Assembly (NCBI GenBank): GCA_041742135.1
Contig: JBGSJG010000001.1
Span: forward strand, 67,151-131,150
DNA length: 64,000 nt
Direction: 5' to 3'
Source: Patescibacteria group bacterium
Lineage (GTDB): Bacteria > Patescibacteriota > Microgenomatia > UBA8517
In this document: positions 21,456-30,624 of the stretch, piece after piece
Numbering within the stretch: the stretch's first letter is position 1
Layout of the letters: each line of letters begins with the position of its first letter
Notes under the pieces: generated by a model
Seen by the model: the letters and a program-made list of their open reading frames with translations, nothing else
Told to the model about the DNA's origin: nothing
Database searches by the model: none
Made by a program: the position numbers and the translations under genes

Positions 21456-22175
21456 TTAATCTGTAAATTCAAAGGTGGAGAGGATTTGATTAACTGAGTC
21501 GATAGATGCAGATTTATTAACCATAATCTCAAGTCCTCCAGAAATATAAGGAACATGGTAAATATCAAATTTCACTTGGGATGAAACGGAGGTATATTTG
21601 GTTGCTTCTTTCTGGCCAACTGATGCACTGCTACTTTTCCAATCTGAAGTTGGAGTTGGAGCAATCAACAGATTAAAATGCTGTATATCAATCACCCGAT
21701 CCACGTACTCTAAGTTACCAAGTGCATAAATCAAAATATTGTTGGTTTGTGAGTATACGGCTCCGCCCGCATCTGCATCATAACCTTGGATAACGAAATC
21801 AAGAGGGTAGCTAAAACTATAGTTATATGCCGTATTTGAATAACTCTTCCAATCGCTCATGCCGACTTCCTCTGAGGGTTCAAGACTTACTGATGATTCT
21901 TCCACCACAGCTTTTGCAGTTGGTGAAGGCTCTGTGATTTGCGGTTCGGTTTTGCTGGTCACTACAAGAACCAAAGCTACAATAATTAGCAGTAGGATTG
22001 CCACAATTCCCACAAGAACCATTGCAATCGTGTTTTTAGATTTTGGAGGTTCTGGGGTTGGTGGGACTATGGGTACTTCAGGAATTACTGGCTCGGCTAC
22101 TGGCAATTGTCCGGTTGGGGTAACTGGAACTACTGCTGGTGTAGTTTCTGGAGTTGGGTTTTGATCTGGGTTCAT
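21456..22175 (-). CDS. N-anchored bitopic protein, paralogue 1 of a tandem family. It has a Pro-rich cytoplasmic N-terminal tail, a TM helix, an extracytoplasmic domain and a conserved C-terminal ILSTFEFTD.
   Basis: Translation MNPDQNPTPETTPAVVPVTPTGQLPV…KSKNTIAMVLVGIVAILLLIIVALVLVV…SVNQILSTFEFTD. Confidence 0.7.
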   Translation of the reverse strand: MNPDQNPTPETTPAVVPVTPTGQLPVAEPVIPEVPIVPPTPEPPKSKNTIAMVLVGIVAILLLIIVALVLVVTSKTEPQITEPSPTAKAVVEESSVSLEPSEEVGMSDWKSYSNTAYNYSFSYPLDFVIQGYDADAGGAVYSQTNNILIYALGNLEYVDRVIDIQHFNLLIAPTPTSDWKSSSASVGQKEATKYTSVSSQVKFDIYHVPYISGGLEIMVNKSASIDSVNQILSTFEFTD

Positions 22176-22178
22176 GGT

Positions 22179-23231
22179 TTAATCAGTAAATTCAAAAGTG
22201 GAAAGAATTTGTGACGCAACTGAGTTACTGTTTGGTTCAGAATAATTAATAAAATAAAATACTGTCTTGTCACTATTTGCAAAAAATAGCACCGTTGTGC
22301 CCCCGTTGGTTATTGTCTGTGCATTAACTCCGTCAATTAAAGTTACCGACTCCACTGAATCGCCATTCTTAAATAAAGTGCTGTTAAACTCGCTCCACTC
22401 TTCGAATGTTGGCTTGTCTGGAATTTCCGAACCAACCACAGAGATCGCGATATAAGAATTTGGCTCAGCCGGGTCAGAAAAAACAAATATAGCACTTGTA
22501 TCCGTTTCAGCTTCTTCTCGGGTCACGCTCCAAGTGTCTGGGTGGTTTACCTCAAAACCGTAATCCGAATTTGAAAAAGCCAACCAATTGGATGGGGGTT
22601 CAAAGTTTTGTAAATTTTGTTGGACATCTTCGCCATTTTCAATCTCCGCTTCCGATTGTCTGTTGTCGACCAACTTATTGTCGCTGTCGTATGTGCTTAC
22701 AATCTTTTGCTTTAGATTTTCGACGTCGATATCAAAAGAAGGAGAGATGGCTTTTCCGTGTATGTCCTTTGCGTCTATTTCCCAAGCATCCCCTTCGCTC
22801 CCCGTGACAACTAAGTACTGATTATTATCTTTTTTATCCACCACCACCCCTACCCAATCCTGCTTCGTTTGCTCCGCACTGCCGGGGCCCACAAACAAAA
22901 CTACATCTCCAACCTTAGGTTGCCCAAAACGGTACGACAGTTTTTCGATCCACACCTGAGAGCTATCGGTAAGTAAAAGATTACTATCCTTTGCACTTAT
23001 GCGATATGGAGAAAGGACAAAGACATACAAAGTCATTCCCAAAGCAAGCAAAACCAAAACTGCACCAATAATCATGAATATTTTTCTTTTAGATTTTGGC
23101 TTTTCGGGAGTTGGGGAAATTTCAGGTTGAATTTCAGTCGTCGGAACGGCAACTGGTAATTGTCCGCCGGTTGGACTAACAGGAGCTACTGCTGGTGTAG
23201 TCTCTGGAGTTGGGTTTTGATCTTGGTTCAT
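22179..23231 (-). CDS. N-anchored bitopic protein, paralogue 2 (ILSTFEFTD family)
   Basis: It has the same MNQDQNPTPETTPAV… Pro-rich tail plus TM architecture and ends …SVASQILSTFEFTD. It is 3 bp from the neighbouring paralogue. Confidence 0.7.
   Translation of the reverse strand: MNQDQNPTPETTPAVAPVSPTGGQLPVAVPTTEIQPEISPTPEKPKSKRKIFMIIGAVLVLLALGMTLYVFVLSPYRISAKDSNLLLTDSSQVWIEKLSYRFGQPKVGDVVLFVGPGSAEQTKQDWVGVVVDKKDNNQYLVVTGSEGDAWEIDAKDIHGKAISPSFDIDVENLKQKIVSTYDSDNKLVDNRQSEAEIENGEDVQQNLQNFEPPSNWLAFSNSDYGFEVNHPDTWSVTREEAETDTSAIFVFSDPAEPNSYIAISVVGSEIPDKPTFEEWSEFNSTLFKNGDSVESVTLIDGVNAQTITNGGTTVLFFANSDKTVFYFINYSEPNSNSVASQILSTFEFTD
23066..23138. repeat. Exact 73-bp repeat, second copy at 24322..24394. 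It encodes the identical …EIQPEISPTPEKPKSKRKIFMIIGA… segment of paralogues 2 and 3.
   Basis: Base-by-base comparison in the window gives identical 73-mers. Flanking sequence diverges. Confidence 0.8.
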
Positions 23232-23234
23232 GGT

Positions 23235-24482
23235 TTAGTCAGTAAATTCAAAGGTGGAAAGGATTTGGTTTAGAAAATCATTGCTTTCCCCACCTGAAGT
23301 CTTAGTTAGCAAAAAGATCTGACTTCCTCCTCCTGGAATCACGACGTATGTCATTCCATTACTGCCTGAGTCGTCAGCGTTTACAACCAACGCATTTACC
23401 CCGTCAACACCAATCTCTTCGTAAGTAAGCTCGTATGTGCTCAAATCAAATTTCTCGGCTAACCATTCTCTGCGAGAACCACCTGAATAATCATCGTATA
23501 AAGTGATAGTAAAGCCAGCTCCACAGTAAGGCCCGCTACAATTTAAAAACGATGCTTTACTGCCTTTCTGTGTCGCTTCATCGTTTAACTGATAATAATC
23601 AGGGTACTTTACAGAAAAACCAGCCCCGTTGTCTTCGTATTTCAACCAGTCTTCGGTAATCTCAAATTTCGGCGCAGGCACAGGTGAGCTAGCCGCAGAA
23701 GCATTGGAGAATTCAAAAGTGGAGAGGATTTGATCAAATATTTCCATGTCTCTGTTTTTAATTTCTTCTACTTCTTGTGAACTTTTTCCTCCAACACCCC
23801 AAGAAATTATATATTTGGTATCCCCAACAACGGTCCATACCTCTTTTGAATAATTATTTGAAGGTTGATTTTCAATTGTGCGTTCATAAACCAAAGCGTC
23901 TTGCCCATCTAACTTTTGAACCGAAATCGAAGAATAAGCAAAATCTGGAAAATCTTTACCAGTCTGCTCTAATGCTTGACGTTTCTCCTCGAGTGACTTT
24001 CCTTCTGTATAATCTAAATCCTGAATATCAAACGCAATTACAGACCCCCTACCATCTTCCTGTTGATTTTCAGGAAAAGAATTTATTTGATAATAGGATT
24101 TACTAACACCTCTGCCGTACGACCAAACATGCCAATTCTTGGGAATAGACACAGTAAACAAGCCACCACCATTGTAAGTATTCCAATCACCCGTCTCGTC
24201 CTCCATGGTGGCCTCAGGGGTGTTCGTTGGCTCAACCACCCTCTGGTCTTCGGCCGGTTTTTGAATGACTGAAAATGTAAATATCCCCACCGCGCCTAAA
24301 ATCAGCAAAGTTAAGATCGCTCCAATAATCATGAATATTTTTCTTTTAGATTTTGGCTTTTCGGGAGTTGGGGAAATTTCAGGTTGAATTTCAGAGGTCG
24401 GAACTGCAACTGGTAATTGGCCTGTTGGAGTAACTGGAGCTACAGGTGGAACTTGCGAGACTGGGGCTTCTTCTGGATTCAT
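23235..24482 (-). CDS. N-anchored bitopic protein, paralogue 3 (ILSTFEFTD family), with an internally duplicated extracytoplasmic module
   Basis: It has two copies of the terminal motif (…EIFDQILSTFEFSNASAAS… and C-terminal …FLNQILSTFEFTD). The N-terminal tail and TM are nearly identical to paralogue 2. Confidence 0.7.
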   Translation of the reverse strand: MNPEEAPVSQVPPVAPVTPTGQLPVAVPTSEIQPEISPTPEKPKSKRKIFMIIGAILTLLILGAVGIFTFSVIQKPAEDQRVVEPTNTPEATMEDETGDWNTYNGGGLFTVSIPKNWHVWSYGRGVSKSYYQINSFPENQQEDGRGSVIAFDIQDLDYTEGKSLEEKRQALEQTGKDFPDFAYSSISVQKLDGQDALVYERTIENQPSNNYSKEVWTVVGDTKYIISWGVGGKSSQEVEEIKNRDMEIFDQILSTFEFSNASAASSPVPAPKFEITEDWLKYEDNGAGFSVKYPDYYQLNDEATQKGSKASFLNCSGPYCGAGFTITLYDDYSGGSRREWLAEKFDLSTYELTYEEIGVDGVNALVVNADDSGSNGMTYVVIPGGGSQIFLLTKTSGGESNDFLNQILSTFEFTD

Positions 24483-24494
24483 ATTGCCAGTGTC

Positions 24495-26147
24495 TCACAC
24501 TTCAATAACTACCGGCAAGATCATCGGTCTGCGGCCAATCTCATCAAAGAAGAAATGCTCTAGAGTGTCGACCACAATTTCTTTGAGCCTATGGGTATTT
24601 ATTCCTTGCCTATTCGCCTGCTCCATTACTCGGTCAACCCCTTTTTGGAGTACTGCTTTACTGTCTTTTTCAAAAACAAATCCGCGAGTGATAAGCTCGG
24701 GGTTTCCCGCGATTTTATTCGCGGCTTTATCAAATTGAATCAAGGCCACTACAAAGCCCTCTTGAGACAATATTTTTCGATCGCGAAGGACGATGTTGCC
24801 CACGTCTCCCACCCCAAGCCCGTCAACCAACACGTCACGAACAGGAATTCTCTTGCCTCTTTTGGCATTTCCATTTTCATAAATTATGGAATCCCCCGGC
24901 ATAAGCTCAAAGATAGAATTTGCAGGATTACCCAAGCCTTGAGCCAACAAGCTATAAGCACGCATGTGCCGTACTGTCCCTCCGATTGGAATAAAATACT
25001 TGGGCTTTATAAGTCCAAACAAGAATCTTATATCTTCCTGCGATCCGTGGCCTGAAACATGCAAATCTTCCTGAAGATCGTAATAATGAACATCCACGTT
25101 AAGTTCCAAGAGACGATCCACAATATAATCTACTTTCACTTTTGACCCAGGTGGTGCTGGGTCTGCCGAGAAAACAACGCTGTCCCCAGCCTCGATTTTA
25201 AGAAAACTATGAGATTCTTCAGCTACCCGGTGCAGCGCACTTCCCGCCTGGCCATAACAGCCGGAAATTATGTATAAGATTTTGTTTCTAGGTGCACGAG
25301 CGGCCGCATGCGCATTCATTTCAATGTTAGATCCATAGTTCAAATAGCCAAGCCTTCGGGCAATCTCAGCTTTAGCCTCCATCGAGCGACCGATAAAAGC
25401 CACTTTGCGGCCATTTTTCTCGGCTGCTCGGATCGCCTGTTGCATACGGCTAATGTTGCTTGAAATAGTCGTGAAGTACACACGGCCTGTAGCCTTTGAG
25501 ACCACCTGCTCAATGCGTTCCTCTAAAACACTTTCACTTTCAGTGTGCCCCGGGTTTGTGGAACCCAAAGCATCTGAGGCTAAGCCTAAAACGCCTTTAC
25601 TGGCCAGTGAAACCGCTTTAGCCACGTCAAAAGGCTTGCGATCCACAGAGCTCCAGTCAAATTTGTAATCTGGTACATGCATAAGGACTCCCTGTGGAGT
25701 TTCAATTGCAAGCCCAACAGCGTCGGGGACAGAGTGCGAAACACGGAAGATGTTTATATTAAAAACCCCAAGCTTTGTGGCAATTGCCCGATCAGGGTCC
25801 ATGACGTTAACGCGTACACCTTTTACACCATAATCGGCCAATTTATCTTCAATGAATGCAGCCGTGAGGCGTGTTGCGAAAATTGGAGCTTGGACTTCTT
25901 TGAGCAAAAATGGAAGCGCGCCCAGATGATCTTCGTGGCCGTGAGTAATTACAATTCCTCGAAGCTTGTTTTTGTTTTTAAGAATGTAGTCAAAATCGGG
26001 AATAACCAAGTCAACTCCGAGCATTTCGGGGTCGGGAAAACCCACTCCACAGTCCACTACAACCATGTCGTTGCCATATTCGTAGACGTAAAGATTTTCG
26101 GTTGCACCAGTTGTGCCCGAAAGGGCGATGAATTTTAGTTCAGCCAT
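24495..26147 (-). CDS. rnj: Ribonuclease J (metallo-beta-lactamase / beta-CASP)
   Basis: It has the HxHxDH motif (…ITHGHEDHLGALP…) and beta-CASP and C-terminal domains. Length is 550 aa. Confidence 0.9.
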   Translation of the reverse strand: MAELKFIALSGTTGATENLYVYEYGNDMVVVDCGVGFPDPEMLGVDLVIPDFDYILKNKNKLRGIVITHGHEDHLGALPFLLKEVQAPIFATRLTAAFIEDKLADYGVKGVRVNVMDPDRAIATKLGVFNINIFRVSHSVPDAVGLAIETPQGVLMHVPDYKFDWSSVDRKPFDVAKAVSLASKGVLGLASDALGSTNPGHTESESVLEERIEQVVSKATGRVYFTTISSNISRMQQAIRAAEKNGRKVAFIGRSMEAKAEIARRLGYLNYGSNIEMNAHAAARAPRNKILYIISGCYGQAGSALHRVAEESHSFLKIEAGDSVVFSADPAPPGSKVKVDYIVDRLLELNVDVHYYDLQEDLHVSGHGSQEDIRFLFGLIKPKYFIPIGGTVRHMRAYSLLAQGLGNPANSIFELMPGDSIIYENGNAKRGKRIPVRDVLVDGLGVGDVGNIVLRDRKILSQEGFVVALIQFDKAANKIAGNPELITRGFVFEKDSKAVLQKGVDRVMEQANRQGINTHRLKEIVVDTLEHFFFDEIGRRPMILPVVIEV

Positions 26148-26177
26148 AGGGTGATTATACCAGAAGTCGGCTGAAGA

Positions 26178-26813
26178 CTACGCTGCCAGAAGTTCAAATA
26201 CTTCAGAAACCTCCTCGAGTGAATTCAATTGGGATTCTAAACTCGCAATTTTCATTTGCACCTGTTCCACTTTTTCATCTTTGCCAGAATCACCATCTTG
26301 CGTTTGAAGCTCGGCTAGCGCTGCTTTTGCTTCGGCCAACTTTGCTTCAAGCTCAGCCTTAAGCCTTTGCTGCTCTTCTTTTTGCCTTTTAACTTCCTCG
26401 GCTCGCCTAGCCTGAAATTCCTGCTTTTCTCTTTGATAGACGGTTACTAAACCATCATCTGCATAAAACCTGTTCACATCATCTGGAGTTAACCAAGCCT
26501 CGGCTTGATCAGTCCCATTCATTGCTACAGCCAATAAATGCTCGTATCTTTGAGTATTTGTCCAGTCCTCTCTGTTGGTCCCCGAGACATCTTTGGGATC
26601 CTGTGTTTTCAATTCCAAAACGTCTGCTGGTTTCTCTAAATTAAGTTCAACAATGGCTCTTGCAGCCACCCCCTGAAGAAGCGCATCCACCCCTTTTTCA
26701 TAATCATGAAAGCCGAGTTCGGGTCGTTTAAGACCCACTCCGCGAAGATCCTCTTTGCCCAAATTAGGGACAAGCGAGTCAATATCGTTAGGTGTTTGCT
26801 CATTCATGCTCAT
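26178..26813 (-). CDS. Hypothetical protein with a C-terminal coiled coil
   Basis: The tail is charged and helical (…RRAEEVKRQKEEQQRLKAELEAKLAEAKAALAELQ…). No family was recognised. Confidence 0.45.
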   Translation of the reverse strand: MSMNEQTPNDIDSLVPNLGKEDLRGVGLKRPELGFHDYEKGVDALLQGVAARAIVELNLEKPADVLELKTQDPKDVSGTNREDWTNTQRYEHLLAVAMNGTDQAEAWLTPDDVNRFYADDGLVTVYQREKQEFQARRAEEVKRQKEEQQRLKAELEAKLAEAKAALAELQTQDGDSGKDEKVEQVQMKIASLESQLNSLEEVSEVFELLAA

Positions 26814-26822
26814 AATATACCT

Positions 26823-27875
26823 CTAAACATATTCAGAAGCAATAAATTCTTTGACGTTGCCTTCATTTATCACAAACTTTGTTCCTTTTCCCTCTACCAT
26901 TTGTTTGGCAACTTTTCGCACCAAGCCATAAATTGTCCTCTGAAGTGTACGAATTCCAGCATCAAAACCCAAAGGACGAACGAGCTTTGACCAGACTGCG
27001 TCTTCCACAACCACAGCATCCTGTGGAATATTTGCCTCTTTTAGCGCATGAGGCAGAATGTATTTTTTCCCGATGATCGTCTTTTCCTCGTCGTTGTATG
27101 AAGGCATGTTAATAGGCTCAAGCCTATCCATGACGGCTGTAGCTATGCCTTGAGTATTGTTTGCTGTAGCTATAAAAATAGCCTCAGATAGATCGAACGG
27201 ATAATCCAAATAGTGATCCACGAACGCTTTGTTTTGCTCGGGATCGAGTAGCTCCACCAAAACTCCCATAATGGAAGCGCGGCCTTCGTCTGTTACACGG
27301 TCAATTTCATCCAAAAGAATTACCGGGTTTCGGCTTTGAGCGCTACGCAAGGCTTTAATAACTTTTCCGGGCTCTGCCTCAGGATGCATACGGGACTGGC
27401 CACGCAGATCCAATGGGTCCCCCATGCCTCCAAAAGGAATACGAGCAAACTGCCTGCCCATAGCCTCAGCAATTGAAACTGCCATGGTAGTTTTTCCAGT
27501 TCCCACGAGGCCCACAAAACACATAATGGGCGCTCGAGCCATGCCCTCTTTGTTATTTTTATTAAGCTGCATCACAGCCATGTATTCCAAAATTCGGTCT
27601 TTAAGACCTGTTAAACCGTAATGGTTTTTTTCAAACACTTCGCGTGCACGACCCAAGTCCAAAATATCATCCGTGCGTTTGTTCCAAGGAAGGCTTACCA
27701 CCCATTCAATATATTTATTGACGCGGTCCACCTCAGGCAAAAAAGATTGAGAACCAGTAAGAAGTGCAAGCTGGTCAATACGGATTTTAATGTTCTCGTG
27801 AAGATCGGCAGGAATCTGCCCACTTGAGAGTTTCTTTTCCAAATCCACCAAAAGATCTTTGGGGTTATTATCCAT
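26823..27875 (-). CDS. Lon-family AAA+ ATPase module with no Lon N-domain and no S16 peptidase domain
   Basis: It matches the Lon ATPase core (…LPWNKRTDD…HYGLTGLKDRILEYMAV…, Walker A GLVGTGKTT, Walker B VILLDEID, sensor …ATANN…, …LLDPEQN…). The ORF ends where the protease domain would begin. Confidence 0.75.
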   Translation of the reverse strand: MDNNPKDLLVDLEKKLSSGQIPADLHENIKIRIDQLALLTGSQSFLPEVDRVNKYIEWVVSLPWNKRTDDILDLGRAREVFEKNHYGLTGLKDRILEYMAVMQLNKNNKEGMARAPIMCFVGLVGTGKTTMAVSIAEAMGRQFARIPFGGMGDPLDLRGQSRMHPEAEPGKVIKALRSAQSRNPVILLDEIDRVTDEGRASIMGVLVELLDPEQNKAFVDHYLDYPFDLSEAIFIATANNTQGIATAVMDRLEPINMPSYNDEEKTIIGKKYILPHALKEANIPQDAVVVEDAVWSKLVRPLGFDAGIRTLQRTIYGLVRKVAKQMVEGKGTKFVINEGNVKEFIASEYV

Positions 27876-27911
27876 AAATCAGTTTAACACGAAAAGAAAA
27901 ATTATCGGAGC

Positions 27912-30269
27912 TTACCTACTGAAGCGCTTTTTGTCACTTGATCCAGACACTAATCTGGAAGTCGGGAAATGAGGCCCAGAGGAACCGCGGTCACGTCGGT
28001 CTCCGCTTCGATCGTCTCGCCTACCCGTTCGGCTTCGCTCAGGGTTATAACCACCACGATCACTGCCACTTCTAAATCCACCTCGGCTGCCGCCCATTCG
28101 ACTACGCTCAGGGCTATAGCCTCCACGATCTCCACCACCCATTCGGCTTCGCTCAGGGTTATAACCTTCGCGAGGTTCGCGTGGTTTTTCCTTCGAAGCA
28201 TCCAAGATCATAGACAAATTGAGTCTGCCCATCTTGTCAATCTCTTTTACTCGAACGGTTACAGTGTCGCCTTCTTTTGCAATATCTGCTGGGTCTTTAA
28301 CAAATTCCTCAGCCATGTCTGAAACGTGGACCAAGCCCTCTTTACCCGGAAGAATTTCCACAAATACTCCAAAAGGCTGCATTCTTTTAACTAACCCTTC
28401 ATAAATTTCTCCGGGGATTACTTCTTTTACCATGCCGCTAACCCACTCAACTGCTTTGTCGACACTCTCTTCACTGGTTCCAGAAATGCTTACTGTTCCG
28501 TCATCCTCCACATCAACTGTGGCTCCTGTATCGGCCATAATCTTTTTGATCATCTTGCCCCCGGGGCCAATGATTTCGCCAATTTTCTCAACTGGGATTT
28601 TAACGGCTTTGATCTTTGGTGCATAAGTTGAAACATTAGTACGAGAAGCTTTAATAGTCTCAAGCATCGAAGCCAAAATAAACGCTCTTCCCTCTTTTGC
28701 CTGAGTAAGAGCCTCCGCCAACATCTCGGGTGTTAAATTTAGAGTTTTTACATCGAGCTGAAGTGCTGTAATTCCTTTTGATGTTCCGGCAACTTTAAAG
28801 TCCATGTCACCATTAAAGTCTTCAATTCCCATGATGTCGGACAAAATTGCATATTTTTTAGCAGATTCGACAACGAGCCCCATGGCAATTCCAGAAACTG
28901 GAGCTTTGATTGGTACTCCTGAGTCCATCAAAGCAAGTGTTGAGCCACAAGTGGAAGCCATAGAAGTTGAGCCATTTGAGCTCATAATTTCGCTGACCAA
29001 ACGAATGGCATAAGGAAATTCTTCAGCAGAAGGCAATACCGGCATCAAAGCGCGCTCTGCCAAGGCACCATGACCAATTTCGCGGCGGCTTGGAAAACCA
29101 ACTCTTCCAGCTTCACCAACAGAAAACGGCGGCATGATGTAGTGATGCATGTAGCGCTTTTCCTCTTCACCTTCAGCGGTTTCAATTAATTGACCCATGG
29201 AAGGAGTTCCCAAAGTGGCGACGGTCAAAGCCTGGGTAGATCCTCTTTGGAAAATTGCAGACCCGTGAGTTCGTGGCAAAACGCCAACACGGCTTGAAAG
29301 CGGACGGATTTCGGTGTGCTTCCTACCATCTGGTCGCTTACCAGCCAAAATCATTTCGCGAATGCGATCGTGAATAAGTCCATCAATAATGCCAAAAACC
29401 ATGGCCTTTTCTGTTTCTTCAACTTCGCCTTTAACTTCCTCAATTAAATCATCCAAAACGCTGTTCTTGCCTTCTTTAGTAGCCAAAGCAGCAACAACCT
29501 CGTCGATTTTCTTCTCAGAAAGTTTTGTTACTTTTTTCACAAGCTCGGCGTCTTCCGGAAGCTTTGGAGCTTCTTGTTTGTCAACTCCCCATTCGCTGGC
29601 AAATTCATTGATAAATTTAAGAACCGCCTTAGACTCTTTTTGAGCGAAATTAATTCCGCCAATTATTTCCTCTTCAGTAGCTTCATTTGCCCCCGCTTCG
29701 ATCATAACTACTGCGTCAGATGTTGAAGAAACTACCAATTCCATATTGGAAAATGAACTTTCTGTGTCTGTTGGATTAACGAAGTATGCTCCGTCTTTCA
29801 TGCCAACTCTCAAAGTAGCTACAGGTCCTTCCCAAGGAAGTCCTGAAGCGGCAACTGCAGCAGAAACTGCCAAAGGTGCGACGTCCACAGGCGAATTAAC
29901 CATATCAACGGACAAAAGCGTAATAATTATCTGAACTTCTTTTTTATAAGACTTCGGAAACAGAGGGCGAATGGAGCGATCAATCAAGCGGCCAGTTAAA
30001 ATTTCTTCATCTGTGGGGCGGCCTTCACGCTTAACCCATCGGCTGCCTTTAATGCGGCCTCCAGCGTAAAGTCTTTCTTGGTACTCAATTGAGAGAGGGA
30101 AATAATCCAATTCTTGTTTTAACGGAGCCGCAACTACTGTCGCCAAAACAACAGTTTCGCCGTAAGTGGCCAGTACCGCTGCATCTGCTTGGCCAGCAAG
30201 CTCTCCAATGGCTAGGGTTAAGTCGCGTCCACCGAGGCTTAATGTTTTTTCTACTTTTTTATTTACCAA
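27912..30269 (-). CDS. pnp: Polyribonucleotide nucleotidyltransferase (PNPase) with a C-terminal Arg/Gly-rich repeat extension
   Basis: It has two RNase PH-like domains, KH and S1 (…GRDLTLAIGELAGQADAAVLATYGETVV…). The tail …GGYNPERSRMGGGDRGGYSPERSRMGGSRGG…GGYNPERSRTG… is encoded by visible DNA repeats at about 27970–28200. Confidence 0.95.
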   Translation of the reverse strand: MVNKKVEKTLSLGGRDLTLAIGELAGQADAAVLATYGETVVLATVVAAPLKQELDYFPLSIEYQERLYAGGRIKGSRWVKREGRPTDEEILTGRLIDRSIRPLFPKSYKKEVQIIITLLSVDMVNSPVDVAPLAVSAAVAASGLPWEGPVATLRVGMKDGAYFVNPTDTESSFSNMELVVSSTSDAVVMIEAGANEATEEEIIGGINFAQKESKAVLKFINEFASEWGVDKQEAPKLPEDAELVKKVTKLSEKKIDEVVAALATKEGKNSVLDDLIEEVKGEVEETEKAMVFGIIDGLIHDRIREMILAGKRPDGRKHTEIRPLSSRVGVLPRTHGSAIFQRGSTQALTVATLGTPSMGQLIETAEGEEEKRYMHHYIMPPFSVGEAGRVGFPSRREIGHGALAERALMPVLPSAEEFPYAIRLVSEIMSSNGSTSMASTCGSTLALMDSGVPIKAPVSGIAMGLVVESAKKYAILSDIMGIEDFNGDMDFKVAGTSKGITALQLDVKTLNLTPEMLAEALTQAKEGRAFILASMLETIKASRTNVSTYAPKIKAVKIPVEKIGEIIGPGGKMIKKIMADTGATVDVEDDGTVSISGTSEESVDKAVEWVSGMVKEVIPGEIYEGLVKRMQPFGVFVEILPGKEGLVHVSDMAEEFVKDPADIAKEGDTVTVRVKEIDKMGRLNLSMILDASKEKPREPREGYNPERSRMGGGDRGGYSPERSRMGGSRGGFRSGSDRGGYNPERSRTGRRDDRSGDRRDRGSSGPHFPTSRLVSGSSDKKRFSR

Positions 30270-30270
30270 T

Positions 30271-30537
30271 TTATTTTAATTCTAATTTCTTTTTGAGGTC
30301 GCTGTAACGCGAAGCATCTCTTTTTTCCAAATATGTTAATAGTCTTCGTCTTTTAGCTACCATGCTCAAAAGACCACGTCTTGAGTGTACATCTTTGCCA
30401 TGAGCTTTCAAATGCTCAGTTAATTTTGTTATCTGAAAAGAAAGAAGTGCTATTTGAACTTCTGGAGAACCTGTGTCTCCCTTTTCGCGAGCAAAATCTG
30501 AAATAATCTTTTTCTTGTCGTCAGGATGTAGTGCCAT
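30271..30537 (-). CDS. rpsO: 30S ribosomal protein S15
   Basis: Translation [33 protein letters not shown]…[20 protein letters not shown]…. Confidence 0.95.
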   Translation of the reverse strand: MALHPDDKKKIISDFAREKGDTGSPEVQIALLSFQITKLTEHLKAHGKDVHSRRGLLSMVAKRRRLLTYLEKRDASRYSDLKKKLELK

Positions 30538-30624
30538 ATGTCATCAAAAACAAAGTAGTCTATTTCAAGTACAACTGTGTTTCGATCTAGGGAATAATAT
30601 CACAGCTTCGCCCAAAGTGCAAAA

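Noticed and set aside
24484-25055. Plus-strand ORFs 24484..24738 and 24591..25055.
   Set aside because: They are antisense to the 3' end of RNase J and show no motifs.
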